Shown here: one piece after another, positions 50,431-59,478 of the stretch
Numbering within the stretch: the first letter of the stretch is position 1
How the letters are laid out: each line of letters starts with the position of its first letter
Origin: an uncultured Actinomycetes bacterium
Lineage (GTDB): Bacteria > Actinomycetota > Thermoleophilia > Gaiellales > Gaiellaceae
Assembly (NCBI GenBank): GCA_963712635.1
Contig: CAVQIS010000005.1
Span: 44,251 to 108,250, forward strand
Length of the DNA: 64,000 bases
Direction of reading: 5' to 3'
Program-made: the position numbers and the translations under genes
Notes under the pieces: model-generated
Told to the model about the DNA's origin: nothing
The model's input: the letters and a program-made list of their open reading frames with translations, nothing else
The model's database searches: none

Positions 50431-52918
50431 TGCCGAGCGCGGCCGCGACGGCTGCGTCGAGCTCCAGCCGTCGGCCCTCCTCGCGCCCACGTGAGAAATC
50501 GACGCCGGCGAGCTCGAGGGGGCTGCGACTGATCGGTCCATTCGTGCAACCAGCGGCCGACCGGAGCTCGCTCGCTCTCCGCGTCCGCGGCGCCCCGAAA
50601 CATCCCGGCGAGCCGTGGGTCTCCCGCGCTCGCGCCGATCGCCGCGAGGAGGCGGAGCTCGTAGACGAGCCCGCGCGGTCGTGCATAGCTTGCGAGATGG
50701 ACAGCGCCTCCCGGGCGCTGGACCTCGCGTCGTCGAGCCTCCCGAGCTCGAGCGAGACCGCTCCGATGTTCGCGAGCATGCCGGCGAGCCACCAGCGGAA
50801 GCCGGCAGCCTCACAGAGCGCCCGGCTCTCACGAAGGAGCCCGAGCGCTCGCTCGAGCTCCCCTTCCATGCGAGCGACCCACGCTAGCGACCCCAGCGCT
50901 TGCGCCTCGCCCTTCGGATATCCGTCGCCGCGGCGGAAAGCCGGCGAGGCTCTCCTCGGCGAGGTCGCGCGTGCGGGCCACGTCACCTCGCCGCATCGCA
51001 GTGTTGGAGAGACCGATGCAGCAAGGATTGCAACGGAGCGGTCATCGCCTACGCCGGCGCACGATCGCGAGAGCCTGCTCCCAGCTCTGTTCCGCGGCGT
51101 CGACCTGTCCGACGGCGTTCTGCATGCCACCCTGGACACGGAGCGCGCGCGCCACGACGCGGTCGTCAACATCGGTCGCCCCGTCGAGCAACGTCGCGGC
51201 CCACTCGAGGCCTTCCTCGGGCAGGCTTGTCACCCAGTAGTTCTCGAGTGCGACGACCAGCTCCAACCCGAGCTCGCGCTCGCCGGTCTCCAGGGCGTAG
51301 GCGAGCGCTACCCGAATGTTGTCGCGCTCGGGGATGACAAGATCGTGACGCTGGGGCCCTTCAGCCTCGACGGCGAGGTTCGACGAGCGCGCGACCGCCA
51401 GATAGTGGTCGAAGTGACGTTTCCGGACGACGGCCCGACCTCGCTGTCGGCGTCAGCTTCTCGGCGGCGAGCTCGCGGATCGTCTCGAGCAGAAGAACCT
51501 CGGGAGCTCGTCCTCGCTACGACGAAGGAGGCTCTTGTCGACGAGCGACTGGACGGTGTCCGCAGTCGCTCGCAGACTGCCTCCGCGGCGCCGTACGTGC
51601 ATCCGCCCGCGAACACGGACAGACCGCGGAAGAGGCTCTGCTCGGCTTCGTCGAGCAGGTCGTGGGACCACTCGATCGTCGCCCGGAGCGTCTGCTGGCG
51701 CGGATCCGCGTCTCGGCCTGCCGTGAGCAGGTCGAGACGCTCGGACAGCCGGTCGAGGAGCTGTTGTGGCGAGAAGATGACTGTTCGGGCCGCAGCCAGC
51801 TCGAGAGCAAGCGGCAGGTTGTCCAGCCGGGAGCAGAGCTCCGCGACAGACGGTCGACTCGCTCACGCCTATGTCGAACGCCGCGAGCGCGAGTCACGAA
51901 GAGGTCGACACCGTCCGCGTCTGCCAGCGGCGGCACGGCGTACACGTGCTCACCTTGGAGCTGTAGTCGCTCACGGCTCGTGACAAGGATCGTCGGACCT
52001 GCGATCTCGCGCAGCGTCGCGATCTCTCGAGCGATGTCCGGCAAGAGGTGCTCCGCATTGTCGAGGAGGAGCAGAGCTCGCTTCCCGTCGAGTCGTGCAG
52101 CGAGCGCGCTGCGTCAGATTCGCGACCGGCCCCTCCTCGACTTCGAGCACTTGTGCGAGCGAGGTGGCAAGTCGACGGGCCGCGCGAAGCGGGGCCAGCG
52201 GAACCCACCAGACACCGTCGGGGTACGGACTCGGACGCTTCCCCCGCCGCGTGGAGAGCGAGCCGGGTCTTGCCGGTTCCCCCGGTGCCGGTCAGCGTCA
52301 GGAGGCTGACGCCTCCGATTGGGAGGAGCGCCGACGACCTCGGCGAGCTCTCTCTGACGACCGAGGAACGAGCTCGAGGGGACACGGGCAGGTTCGTGCG
52401 GTAGAGGCTTCGGAGCGGTGCGAAGTCCCCGACTCCGAACTGGTAAACGCGCTCGGGAGCGGAGAGGTCCTTGAAGCGATGCTCGCCGAGGTCGACGAGG
52501 CCGTGGCTTCGGGAACCAGCGCCGCGGTCGAGGACGAGACGAGCACCTGGCCGCCGTGCCCCGAGGCCGCAATTCGGGCTGCCCGGTGGACGTCCGGGCC
52601 GACGTAGCCTTCCTCGGTGACGACGGGGGTGCCTGTGTGCAGGCCGATGCGAACCTGGATCCGCCCGGCGCTCAGCCCCTCCGTGATTGCGTGCGCCGCG
52701 CCGAGAGCGCCCGGAGCCGTCGGGAAGGCGAAGAAAAAGGCGTCACCCTGGGTATCGACCTCGACTCCGCCCTTCCCCGCGCAGGCATTGCGCACGACGA
52801 GGCGGTGCTCCAAGAGCGCTTGGGCGTAGTGCTCGGCGCCAATCTCGTCGAGCAGCCGCGTCGAGCCGTCGATGTCGGTGAACAGAAAGGTGACAGTGCC
52901 CGCTGGGAGATCACGCAC
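50423..52918 (-). CDS. class III adenylate/guanylate cyclase domain - P-loop STAND-like NTPase - TPR protein, paralogue B; many frame breaks
   Basis: GTG 52918. ORF 52298..52918 is an unbroken cyclase domain (LPAGTVTFLFTDIDGSTRLL...GGVEVDTQGDAFFFAF...RIGLHTGTPVV...GPDVHRAARIAASGHGGQVLVS). Then LTLTGTGGTGKTRLAL (Walker A, ORF 51894), ILVTSRERLQLQGEHVYAVPPL (ORF 51517), and TPR-like repeats in ORF 50423..51172. The stop overlaps the start of paralogue A (GGCAATGCCTGA). Confidence 0.75.
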
Positions 52919-53071
52919 TCACTAGATGATGCCCCGCGGAGGGCCGGCGATCAACGTCCCGGGGCGCTGCTCGACGGTGCCGGAGCAGGGATCGCCGGAC
53001 GCCTCAACGCGCTCGAAACCGAACTGGACAAGGCCACCGAGACGCCGCCTCAGATGTTTAGCCACTAGCGA

Positions 53072-53144
53072 TGGGCGGTGCCGGGCTCGAACCAGCGACC
53101 CCCTGCTTGTAAGGCAGGTGCTCTCCCAACTGAGCTAACCGCCC
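53072..53144 (-). tRNA. tRNA-Val (anticodon TAC)
   Basis: The reverse complement folds as a cloverleaf: acceptor GGGCGGT/ACCGCCC, D arm GCTC-AGTTGGGA-GAGC, anticodon arm CCTGC-CTTACAA-GCAGG, T arm GCTGG-TTCGAGC-CCGGC. No encoded CCA. Confidence 0.9.
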
Positions 53145-53149
53145 GAGTT

Positions 53150-53225
53150 TGGTGCCCCCAGCGGGATTCGAACCCGCGCTGCAGCCTTGAAAGGGCTGTG
53201 ACCTTGACCGCTAGTCGATGGGGGC
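53150..53225 (-). tRNA. tRNA-Glu (anticodon TTC)
   Basis: Reverse complement: acceptor GCCCCCA/TGGGGGC, D arm GAC-TAGCGGTCAAG-GTC, anticodon arm CAGCC-CTTTCAA-GGCTG, T arm GCGGG-TTCGAAT-CCCGC, with encoded CCA. It parallels the layout of E. coli tRNA-Glu. Confidence 0.9.
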
Positions 53226-53272
53226 CAAGCGTTGAGTCTAGCCGGGAGCACGGGGCTACACTCGGCCCGAAA

Positions 53273-53345
53273 GGGCCGGTAGCTCAGTTGGTAGAGCAGG
53301 GGACTTTTAATCCCAAGGTCACAGGTTCGATCCCTGTCCGGCCCA
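53273..53345 (+). tRNA. tRNA-Lys (anticodon TTT)
   Basis: Acceptor GGGCCGG/CCGGCCC, D arm GCTC-AGTTGGTA-GAGC, anticodon arm GGGGA-CTTTTAA-TCCCA, T arm ACAGG-TTCGATC-CCTGT. Confidence 0.9.
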
Positions 53346-53372
53346 ACGGAGAAAGCGCGTTTGAGAAAGCAC

Positions 53373-53394
53373 AGAGGCCCCGCGAGGGGCCTCT
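53373..53394 (+). terminator. stem-loop downstream of tRNA-Lys (likely intrinsic terminator)
   Basis: AGAGGCCCC-GCGA-GGGGCCTCT: a 9-bp stem with a GNRA-type tetraloop, followed by the pyrimidine/T-rich CTCTATTG. Confidence 0.5.
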
Positions 53395-53434
53395 CTCTAT
53401 TGAGTGACGAGGCGCAAGGTGGCACGCTCTTGCG

Positions 53435-54532
53435 ATGGTCGTGCGCCGGTTTCTTCCGATCAGCATCCTGTTCGCATTTGCCCTGCCTCTGGTGGTCTCG
53501 GTCGCATCAGCCGCGCCGAGCTCGCCAACGCCGCCAACCCTGGCTACGCGCGGGCCGGTCGTCGGGCTCGCCGCCGACGGTGCGCGCGCTGCGCTGATCG
53601 TTTCCGGCCAGGGCCGCTGGCAGATCGCTGTCTGGGAGCCTCACGCGCGGAGATCGACTCCGATTCACACGATCACCGATCCCGGCTGCAGCAGGAGTTG
53701 CGGCCCCGGAGGGGGCCTCGCACTTGCGGGCACCAGGGTCGCCTGGGATGAGTCTGGCGGTGGGAACACGCTCGAGACGACGGTCAGCACTGCAACCATC
53801 GCTCGTCACAGAGCGTTCTCTCTCGGAGCCGGCGTGTGGGACTGGTCATTTGAAGGGGGAGGAGACGAGGCATTCGCGCCGGTCGGGGACGGGAACCTGA
53901 TCGCGTTCACCGTGCAAGACCACTGCGCCGATCCCGAGGGGGAGGGTGAACCGCCGTGCCCGCCCGGCCGCGAGGTCGGCGACATCGTCTCGGCGACGAT
54001 CTGGCGAGCGGCACGCCGCGGCAAGTGTCCGTCCTATAGGGACTACAGCCCCCTGGGCCACTGCGCGCGTGTCGCCAAGGCGAACGGCAAGCTGACCGTC
54101 CTTGCGGTCGACGCGGGACGCATCGCTGCCCAGACCGACCACGGCGTGAGGCTCCTCACAGCGAGCGGCAAGCGGCTTCTCGACCTTCCCGTGGCGGACG
54201 TGCGGGCGGCTGCTCTCTCCGGCAACCGGCTGGCCCTGCGCGTTCCGGGCGCCTTCCAGGTCTACGACACCGGCTCGGGCGAGTTGATCACGAGCTTCCC
54301 GGCCGAGGGCAGCGCCAGGCTCGACCGGCTCCAGGACCTCGAGCGCGGCATCCTCGTCACCGCCAAGCAGCGGACGGTCACCCTGCGCCGCCTGAGTGAC
54401 GGCCGGGCGGCGACGCTGCCGGCACGCGGAATCGCCCGCGCGCAGCTCGAGCCGCCCGGCCTGTTCGTTGCCGGCGGGCGCCGTGTGACGTTCACGCCCA
54501 TGCGGGACGTGCTCCGGCTGCTCACCCGCTGA
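53435..54532 (+). CDS. secreted hypothetical protein
   Basis: Intact ORF (365 aa). Signal peptide MVVRRFLPISILFAFALPLVVSVASA. Beta-rich, with repeated hydrophobic-Gly-Asp patterns. I recognise no motif. Confidence 0.55.
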   Translation: MVVRRFLPISILFAFALPLVVSVASAAPSSPTPPTLATRGPVVGLAADGARAALIVSGQGRWQIAVWEPHARRSTPIHTITDPGCSRSCGPGGGLALAGTRVAWDESGGGNTLETTVSTATIARHRAFSLGAGVWDWSFEGGGDEAFAPVGDGNLIAFTVQDHCADPEGEGEPPCPPGREVGDIVSATIWRAARRGKCPSYRDYSPLGHCARVAKANGKLTVLAVDAGRIAAQTDHGVRLLTASGKRLLDLPVADVRAAALSGNRLALRVPGAFQVYDTGSGELITSFPAEGSARLDRLQDLERGILVTAKQRTVTLRRLSDGRAATLPARGIARAQLEPPGLFVAGGRRVTFTPMRDVLRLLTR

Positions 54533-54595
54533 CAAACGGGCGACTGCCCGGTTCGGCTGTAGCCTTGACCCGCGCAGCGTTCAAGTGCTTGGAGG

Positions 54596-54989
54596 ATGCC
54601 GATGGCCGAAGGAACGGATGCTTCGAAGCAGATCGACGAGAGGATCAAGGAGCTGGGCGACTGGCGCGGCGAGACGCTCGGCAACGTCCGCAGAATCATC
54701 AAGGAAGCGGCCCCCGACGTCGTCGAGGAGTGGAAGTGGGCGAAGGCCACCAGCCCCGGAACGCCGGTCTGGTCTCACAACGGGGGCATCTGTACGGGTG
54801 AGACCTACAAGAGCGTCGTCAAGCTGACGTTCTTCAAGGGCGCTGCCCTGGACGATCCGGCGGGTCTGTTCAACTCGAGCCTCGAGGGGAAGGTCAGGCG
54901 CGCGATCGACATCAAGGAAGACGACGAGATCGACGAAGGCGCGCTGAAGAACGCTCGTTCGTGAAGCCGTGGCGCTGAACTCCGCCTAG
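54596..54989 (+). CDS. DUF1801 (YdhG-like) domain protein; one frame break near 54950
   Basis: ORF 54596..54964 (ELGDWRGETLGNVRRIIKEAAPDVVEEWKW...VKLTFFKGAALDDPAGLFN...IDIKEDDEIDEGALK). After the frame change the family-typical tail LVREAVALNSA ends at TAG 54987-54989. ATG 54602 is an alternative start. Confidence 0.65.
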
Positions 54990-54998
54990 CGCCCGCGC

Positions 54999-55980
54999 GT
55001 GATCGTCGACGCCCACAACGACCTGCTGCTCGAGCTCGTCCTCTCTCGCGAGGAGGGCAAGTTCGGCGACCTCGTCCTGCGCACCGGCGACGAGCGCCTC
55101 TTCGACCGGTACTGGCTGCCTCGCCTGGAGGCCGGCGGCGTCGGGATCCAGGTCTGCCCGCTGTACGCGGCCGAGAAGGAGTACGCGCAGCCGCGAGAAC
55201 GGCTCCTGGCGCAAGAGGCCGAGTTCCTGCGGCTTCTCGACGAGAACGCCGACCGCGTCTCCCCGGTCCGCACCAGGGCTGACCTCGACGATCCGCGGCT
55301 GCGGCTCATGCTCTCGATGGAAGGCGTCGAGGGGCTCGAGGGCGATCCCGCGGCATTCGAGGACTGGTGGGAGCGCGGAGTCCGCTCGGCGAGCCTGACC
55401 TGGAACTTTCAGAACGAGTTCGCCGGCGGCATCGAGACGCCCGAGCAGGGACTGAGCGACCGCGGCCGCACGCTCGTCCGCCGGTTCGCCGAGCTCGGGG
55501 TCGTCCTCGACCTGGCGCACGCGTCCGAGCAGACCTGGCGCGACGTCATCGACGAAGGGGTCCCGTTCTCCGTCACGCATGCTGGTTGCCGCGCCGTCTT
55601 CGACCACCCCAGGAACCTCGCCGACTGGCAGCTCGAGGCGCTCGCCGAGCGCGGAGGCGTGCTCGGGGTGATGGCGATCCGGTTCTTCATCGATCCCGAG
55701 ATGCCGACGCTCTCGCGCTGGGTCGACCATCTCGACCACGCCGTCTCGGTGATGGGCATCGAGCACGTCGGCCTCGGGGCGGACTTCGTCGACCAGGTCG
55801 TCTCGCTCGGACTGTCCCCCGACGGCAAGTCGAGCCTCGGGATCGACGGCTTCACCCGGCCCGACGAGTATCCGGCGCTCGTCGTCGGCCCTCCTCGCGC
55901 GCGGCTACGACGGCGATCGCCTCGAGGCGATCAAGAGCGGGAACTGGCTGCGGGTCCTCCGCGCGACCTTGCCCGCCTAG
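54999..55980 (+). CDS. membrane dipeptidase (peptidase family M19); one frame break near 55885
   Basis: ORF 54999..56150: MIVDAHNDLLLEL, SMEGVEGL, GVRSASLTWNFQNEFAGG, VLDLAHASE, FSVTHAG, HVGLGADFVD. After the frame change the tail is ALLARGYDGDRLEAIKSGNWLRVLRATLPA, with TAG at 55978-55980. Confidence 0.75.
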
Positions 55981-55990
55981 ACTCCCCGCG

Positions 55991-56416
55991 ATGGCCGATC
56001 TCCCGCTCAAAGGAAGCTGCCTCTGCGGCCAGGTCCGCTTCGAGGTCACCGAGCCGCCGGTCACCGCGAGCTACTGCCACTGCACGCGCTGCCAGAAGCG
56101 CACCGGCACTGCGGCGAGCGTCCAGGTCCGAATCGTCCCCGGGTCCTTGAACGTCCTCTCCGGAGAAGAGCTCCTACGCGCGTACGAGCCGGAGGACGGC
56201 TTCCCGAAGTTCTTCTGCTCGAGCTGCGGCTCCGCGTTGTGGAGCAGCCTGCCCGACACCGGCGAGCCCGTCGGGATCCGCATGGCCGCCTTCGACGACG
56301 ACCCCGGCGTCAGGCCGGCGTATCGCCAGTTCGTCGCCTACGCCGCCGAGTGGGAGCCGATCCCGGACGACGGCTTGCCCCGGCACCCCGAACGGACGCC
56401 GCCCCAGCCGAGCTAA
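55991..56416 (+). CDS. GFA (glutathione-dependent formaldehyde-activating/CENP-V) family protein
   Basis: ATG 55991 within ORF 55367..56416. GSCLCGQVRFEV...YCHCTRCQKRTGTA...FCSSCGSALW (Zn-binding Cys motifs). Second GFA paralogue in the window. Confidence 0.75.
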   Translation: MADLPLKGSCLCGQVRFEVTEPPVTASYCHCTRCQKRTGTAASVQVRIVPGSLNVLSGEELLRAYEPEDGFPKFFCSSCGSALWSSLPDTGEPVGIRMAAFDDDPGVRPAYRQFVAYAAEWEPIPDDGLPRHPERTPPQPS

Positions 56417-56425
56417 CCTGGCGCC

Positions 56426-57094
56426 ATGAGCCGGAGGCGCCTAGCCATTCTCGGCTCCCTTGCGGGGCTGTCCGCGCTCGTCGTCGCCATGGTCGCGGTG
56501 CGGGTTTCCTACAGCGGGAACTCGTACTACGAAACGCTCGTCTGGAACCTGCTCCTCGCCTGGATCCCCTTCGCCCTCGCCGTCTACGTCTACGACGGCC
56601 GCCGCCGAGGCGGACGTGGCCCTCTGCTCTGGGCCGCAGGCGTGCTCTGGCTCGTCTTCTTCCCGAACGCCCCGTACATCGTCACGGACTTCAAGTGGCT
56701 CCGGGACTGGACCGGCGCACCGCTCTGGTACGACGTCGTCCTCGTCGCTGCGGCCGCGTGGTGCGGGCTGATGCTCGGCTTCATCTCGCTCTACCTCATG
56801 CAAGCGGTCGTTCGCCGGTCGATCGGAACGGTCAAGGCGTGGCTCTTCGTTCTCGGCGTCCTCGCCGTGAGCTCGTTCGGGATCTATCTGGGCCGGTTCC
56901 AGCGCTGGAACTCGTGGGATGTCTTCACCCAGCCCGGCCATTTCGCGCACAACGTCTGGCCGCACATCGCGCAGCCGTACGACCACCCGAAGACGGTCGC
57001 GGTCACCGCCCTCTTCACCGCGTTCCTCGCCATGACCTACCTCGTCTTCTACTCGTTCGCCGAGCTCGAGGCCGGGGAGCCGACGAAGCGCTGA
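56426..57094 (+). CDS. DUF1361 family membrane protein
   Basis: Intact ORF (222 aa). VWNLLLAWIPFALAV and LVFFPNAPYIVTDFKWL are characteristic of DUF1361. Five or six TM helices. Confidence 0.7.
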   Translation: MSRRRLAILGSLAGLSALVVAMVAVRVSYSGNSYYETLVWNLLLAWIPFALAVYVYDGRRRGGRGPLLWAAGVLWLVFFPNAPYIVTDFKWLRDWTGAPLWYDVVLVAAAAWCGLMLGFISLYLMQAVVRRSIGTVKAWLFVLGVLAVSSFGIYLGRFQRWNSWDVFTQPGHFAHNVWPHIAQPYDHPKTVAVTALFTAFLAMTYLVFYSFAELEAGEPTKR

Positions 57095-57119
57095 ACGACG
57101 CGGCGAGGTTCGAGCGAAC

Positions 57120-57668
57120 CTACGTCGTGAGCGCCTGCGCCCGCAGGCGGTCGAGGTCGCGCTGAGTGTTCACGTTCGCCAGGAGCTCCTCGTCCAGGGC
57201 GACCGTCTCCACGTCCAGCTCATCGAGCGCGTCGCGCAGCGTGAGCTCGCCGTCCTCGAGCCGCCGCTCGAGGACGGGCAGCGCCGACTTGGCGTAGGCG
57301 CCGGGAAGCGGACCGGTCTCGGGGACTGCGGCGTCCCTGCAGGCGTCGGCCAGAGCGCGCAGCGCCTCGGGCGTCACGAGCGGGCAGTCGACAGGAAGGA
57401 ATACGGCGACGTCGGTCCCGACCGCGCGGAGCCCCGCGACGACCCCGGCCAGCGGCGCGCGAACCGCGATCCCGTCGTCGAGCAGCGGGAACGGCAGCCC
57501 GAGCTGGTCCGCGTCCTTGCCGATGGCGATCCGCTGCTGGAATGCATCGCCCAGTGCCCGCCACGCCCGCTCCGACAGCGTCTCCTTGCCAAGCGGCGCG
57601 AGCGCCTTCACCGAGCCGAAGCGCCGGCTCATACCGCCTACGAGCAGAACGCCGGTCGCCTCTCCCAC
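57120..57668 (-). CDS. mobA: molybdenum cofactor guanylyltransferase
   Basis: C-terminal part of ORF 57120..59420, from GTG 57668: GVLLVGGMSRRFGSVKALAPLG (LxGGxSxRxG motif), GLRAVGTDVAVFLPVDCPLV. The start shares one base with the MFS stop (TAGTG). Confidence 0.75.
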   Translation of the reverse strand: MGEATGVLLVGGMSRRFGSVKALAPLGKETLSERAWRALGDAFQQRIAIGKDADQLGLPFPLLDDGIAVRAPLAGVVAGLRAVGTDVAVFLPVDCPLVTPEALRALADACRDAAVPETGPLPGAYAKSALPVLERRLEDGELTLRDALDELDVETVALDEELLANVNTQRDLDRLRAQALTT

Positions 57669-59347
57669 TAGACGGATCCTAGGCCAGGTCGGAGGCCCGC
57701 GAGCCGGCTCGCCACGACCGCGTCCGCTGCTTCCGCACTTTCCGGATGGCCGGTGACGGCGCTCAGGAACTCGTCGCGCTCGAGGGCGTACAGGCGCGTG
57801 TCGCTCTTCGCCCGAACGGTCGCCGTCCGGGGGACGTCCCGCAGCAGGGCGATCTCTCCGAAGTACTCCCCCGACCCGAGCGTCGCGACCGGGTGGCCGG
57901 CCGAGCTGACCTCGACTTCGCCCGAGCCGACGAGGTAGAAGCGGTCGCCCGCGTCCCCTTCGCGGATCACCTGTTCGCCGGCCGAGGTCGTGACGACGAC
58001 GAGCTTCGCCGCGAGCTCCTCGATGACCGGCCCCGGCAGCGGGCGGAAGAGCGGCGATGCCTGAAGCAAGTCGAGCGCGTCTGCAGGCGCCATCCCGACG
58101 CCGTCGAGCTTCCGGAGCCTCGTCCAGAGCAAAACGCTGAGCGTGGGCAGCAGTGCGCCGGTCGCGATCAGGGCACCGCGCGGGCCGAGCCACGCGACGA
58201 GCGCCGGCGCTGCGATCGCCCCGAGCCCGATCGTCGCCACGAACACGGTCTGCAGCACCCCGAAGACACGCGCGAGCACTTCGTCCGGGACGACCCTCTG
58301 GAGCAGCGTCACCGCGGCCACGTCCACAACGGTCACGCCGATCCCGACCAGGCCGAGCATCAACAGCGCGATCGAGGGCTCGGGAAAGATCCCGATCAAC
58401 GCGATCGGCAGGCCCCACAAGACGAGTCCGAGCCCGAAGTCCGTCGCGAGCCGCTGGCGGCCGACGAGCGCGAGCGCGACGACCGCTCCGATCAGCCCAC
58501 CGATCCCGACCGCGGACGCCAGGAAGCCGACCCCTGACTGGCCGAGGTCGAGGAGCTGGAGCGACATGACGACGAGCAGGACGTTGAGCGCCCCCGCAAC
58601 GAGCGTCTGTGCGCCGTAGAGCCCGATGATCAACCGCAAGTTGGCGTCCGCCGCGATCGTCCGGAACCCGGCCAGCGCCTCCGTGGCCGCGCTCGTCTTC
58701 TCCTCCCTCGCCACCTCGCGCTTCGGCGCTCGGATCCGGGCGACGAGGAAGGTCGCGCACGCGTAGATCCCGGCCGTCACCACGAAGACCGTCCCGGTGC
58801 TCGTCGTCGCGAGGAGAAGCCCGCCCAGTGCAGGCCCGACGAAGGTGCCGACGCTCTCGATCGTGGCGAAGCCGAGATTCGCGGCGGTGAGCTCCTCGGG
58901 CGAGGACGAAAGCACCGGCAGGAGCGCTCCCTGGAGCGGGCGGAAGACGGTCCCGACGAGGTTCTCGACCCCCGCCAGGCAGTAGACGGCGAGCGGCGGA
59001 AACGACGAGAAGACCGCGAGCGCGGCGGCCAGCATCAGCAGCGTGCGCAGGATCCCGGCCACGAACAGCACCTTCTCGCGGGGGAAGCGATCGCCGAGGC
59101 CGGCCGCGAACGGCGCCGCGATCGCAGCCGGGAACAGCCGGATCGCGCCCACGAGCCCGACCGCGGCCGCACCGCCCTCCTCGTAGGCGAACACCGAGAG
59201 CGCGATCGTGTACATCCAGAGGCCGGAGATCGAGCCCATCCACGCCAGCTCCAGCCGACGGATGTTCGGGTTCGCGGCGGCCGTGCGGACCGCTTGCGCA
59301 GACTCGGAGAACTGCTCCTTCCAGCGGGCCGCCACGACTGCGAGCAT
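57668..59347 (-). CDS. MFS transporter fused to a C-terminal cyclic-nucleotide-binding (CAP_ED) domain
   Basis: Intact ORF (559 aa). About 12 TM helices are followed by LFRPLPGPVIEELAAKLVVVTTSAGEQVIREGDAGDRFYLVGSGEVEV...GEYFGEIALLRDVPRTATVRA (FGEIALL and RTATV are the phosphate-binding-cassette signature). Confidence 0.8.
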   Translation of the reverse strand: MLAVVAARWKEQFSESAQAVRTAAANPNIRRLELAWMGSISGLWMYTIALSVFAYEEGGAAAVGLVGAIRLFPAAIAAPFAAGLGDRFPREKVLFVAGILRTLLMLAAALAVFSSFPPLAVYCLAGVENLVGTVFRPLQGALLPVLSSSPEELTAANLGFATIESVGTFVGPALGGLLLATTSTGTVFVVTAGIYACATFLVARIRAPKREVAREEKTSAATEALAGFRTIAADANLRLIIGLYGAQTLVAGALNVLLVVMSLQLLDLGQSGVGFLASAVGIGGLIGAVVALALVGRQRLATDFGLGLVLWGLPIALIGIFPEPSIALLMLGLVGIGVTVVDVAAVTLLQRVVPDEVLARVFGVLQTVFVATIGLGAIAAPALVAWLGPRGALIATGALLPTLSVLLWTRLRKLDGVGMAPADALDLLQASPLFRPLPGPVIEELAAKLVVVTTSAGEQVIREGDAGDRFYLVGSGEVEVSSAGHPVATLGSGEYFGEIALLRDVPRTATVRAKSDTRLYALERDEFLSAVTGHPESAEAADAVVASRLAGLRPGLGSV

Positions 59348-59478
59348 TGCAGGCCGCTACGGCTTTTTGAAGGGTCTTGAATTGTGTGCCGTAAGGCGGG
59401 AAGATTTCTGCACTACGCACCGTCTAGTGGGTGAATGTTCCGCAAGACGGGAGCGGAACTCGAAAAGGGAGGAACACA

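Noticed and set aside
52919-54600. A genomic island or integrative element at the tRNA cluster.
   Set aside because: I saw no integrase, recombinase, transposase or excisionase, no duplicated tRNA 3' segment, and no obvious compositional shift by eye.
47921-59347. Reading the cyclases plus the cNMP-binding membrane protein as a Pycsar/CBASS-like or Avs-like anti-phage system.
   Set aside because: Producer and candidate effector are about 5 kb apart, on separate transcripts, with tRNAs and housekeeping genes between them. The CNB protein is a full 12-helix MFS transporter coupled to mobA, not a small pore-forming or TIR effector. The cyclases carry ordinary class III motifs. No mobile or phage context is present. 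The architectural analogy is kept only as a comment.
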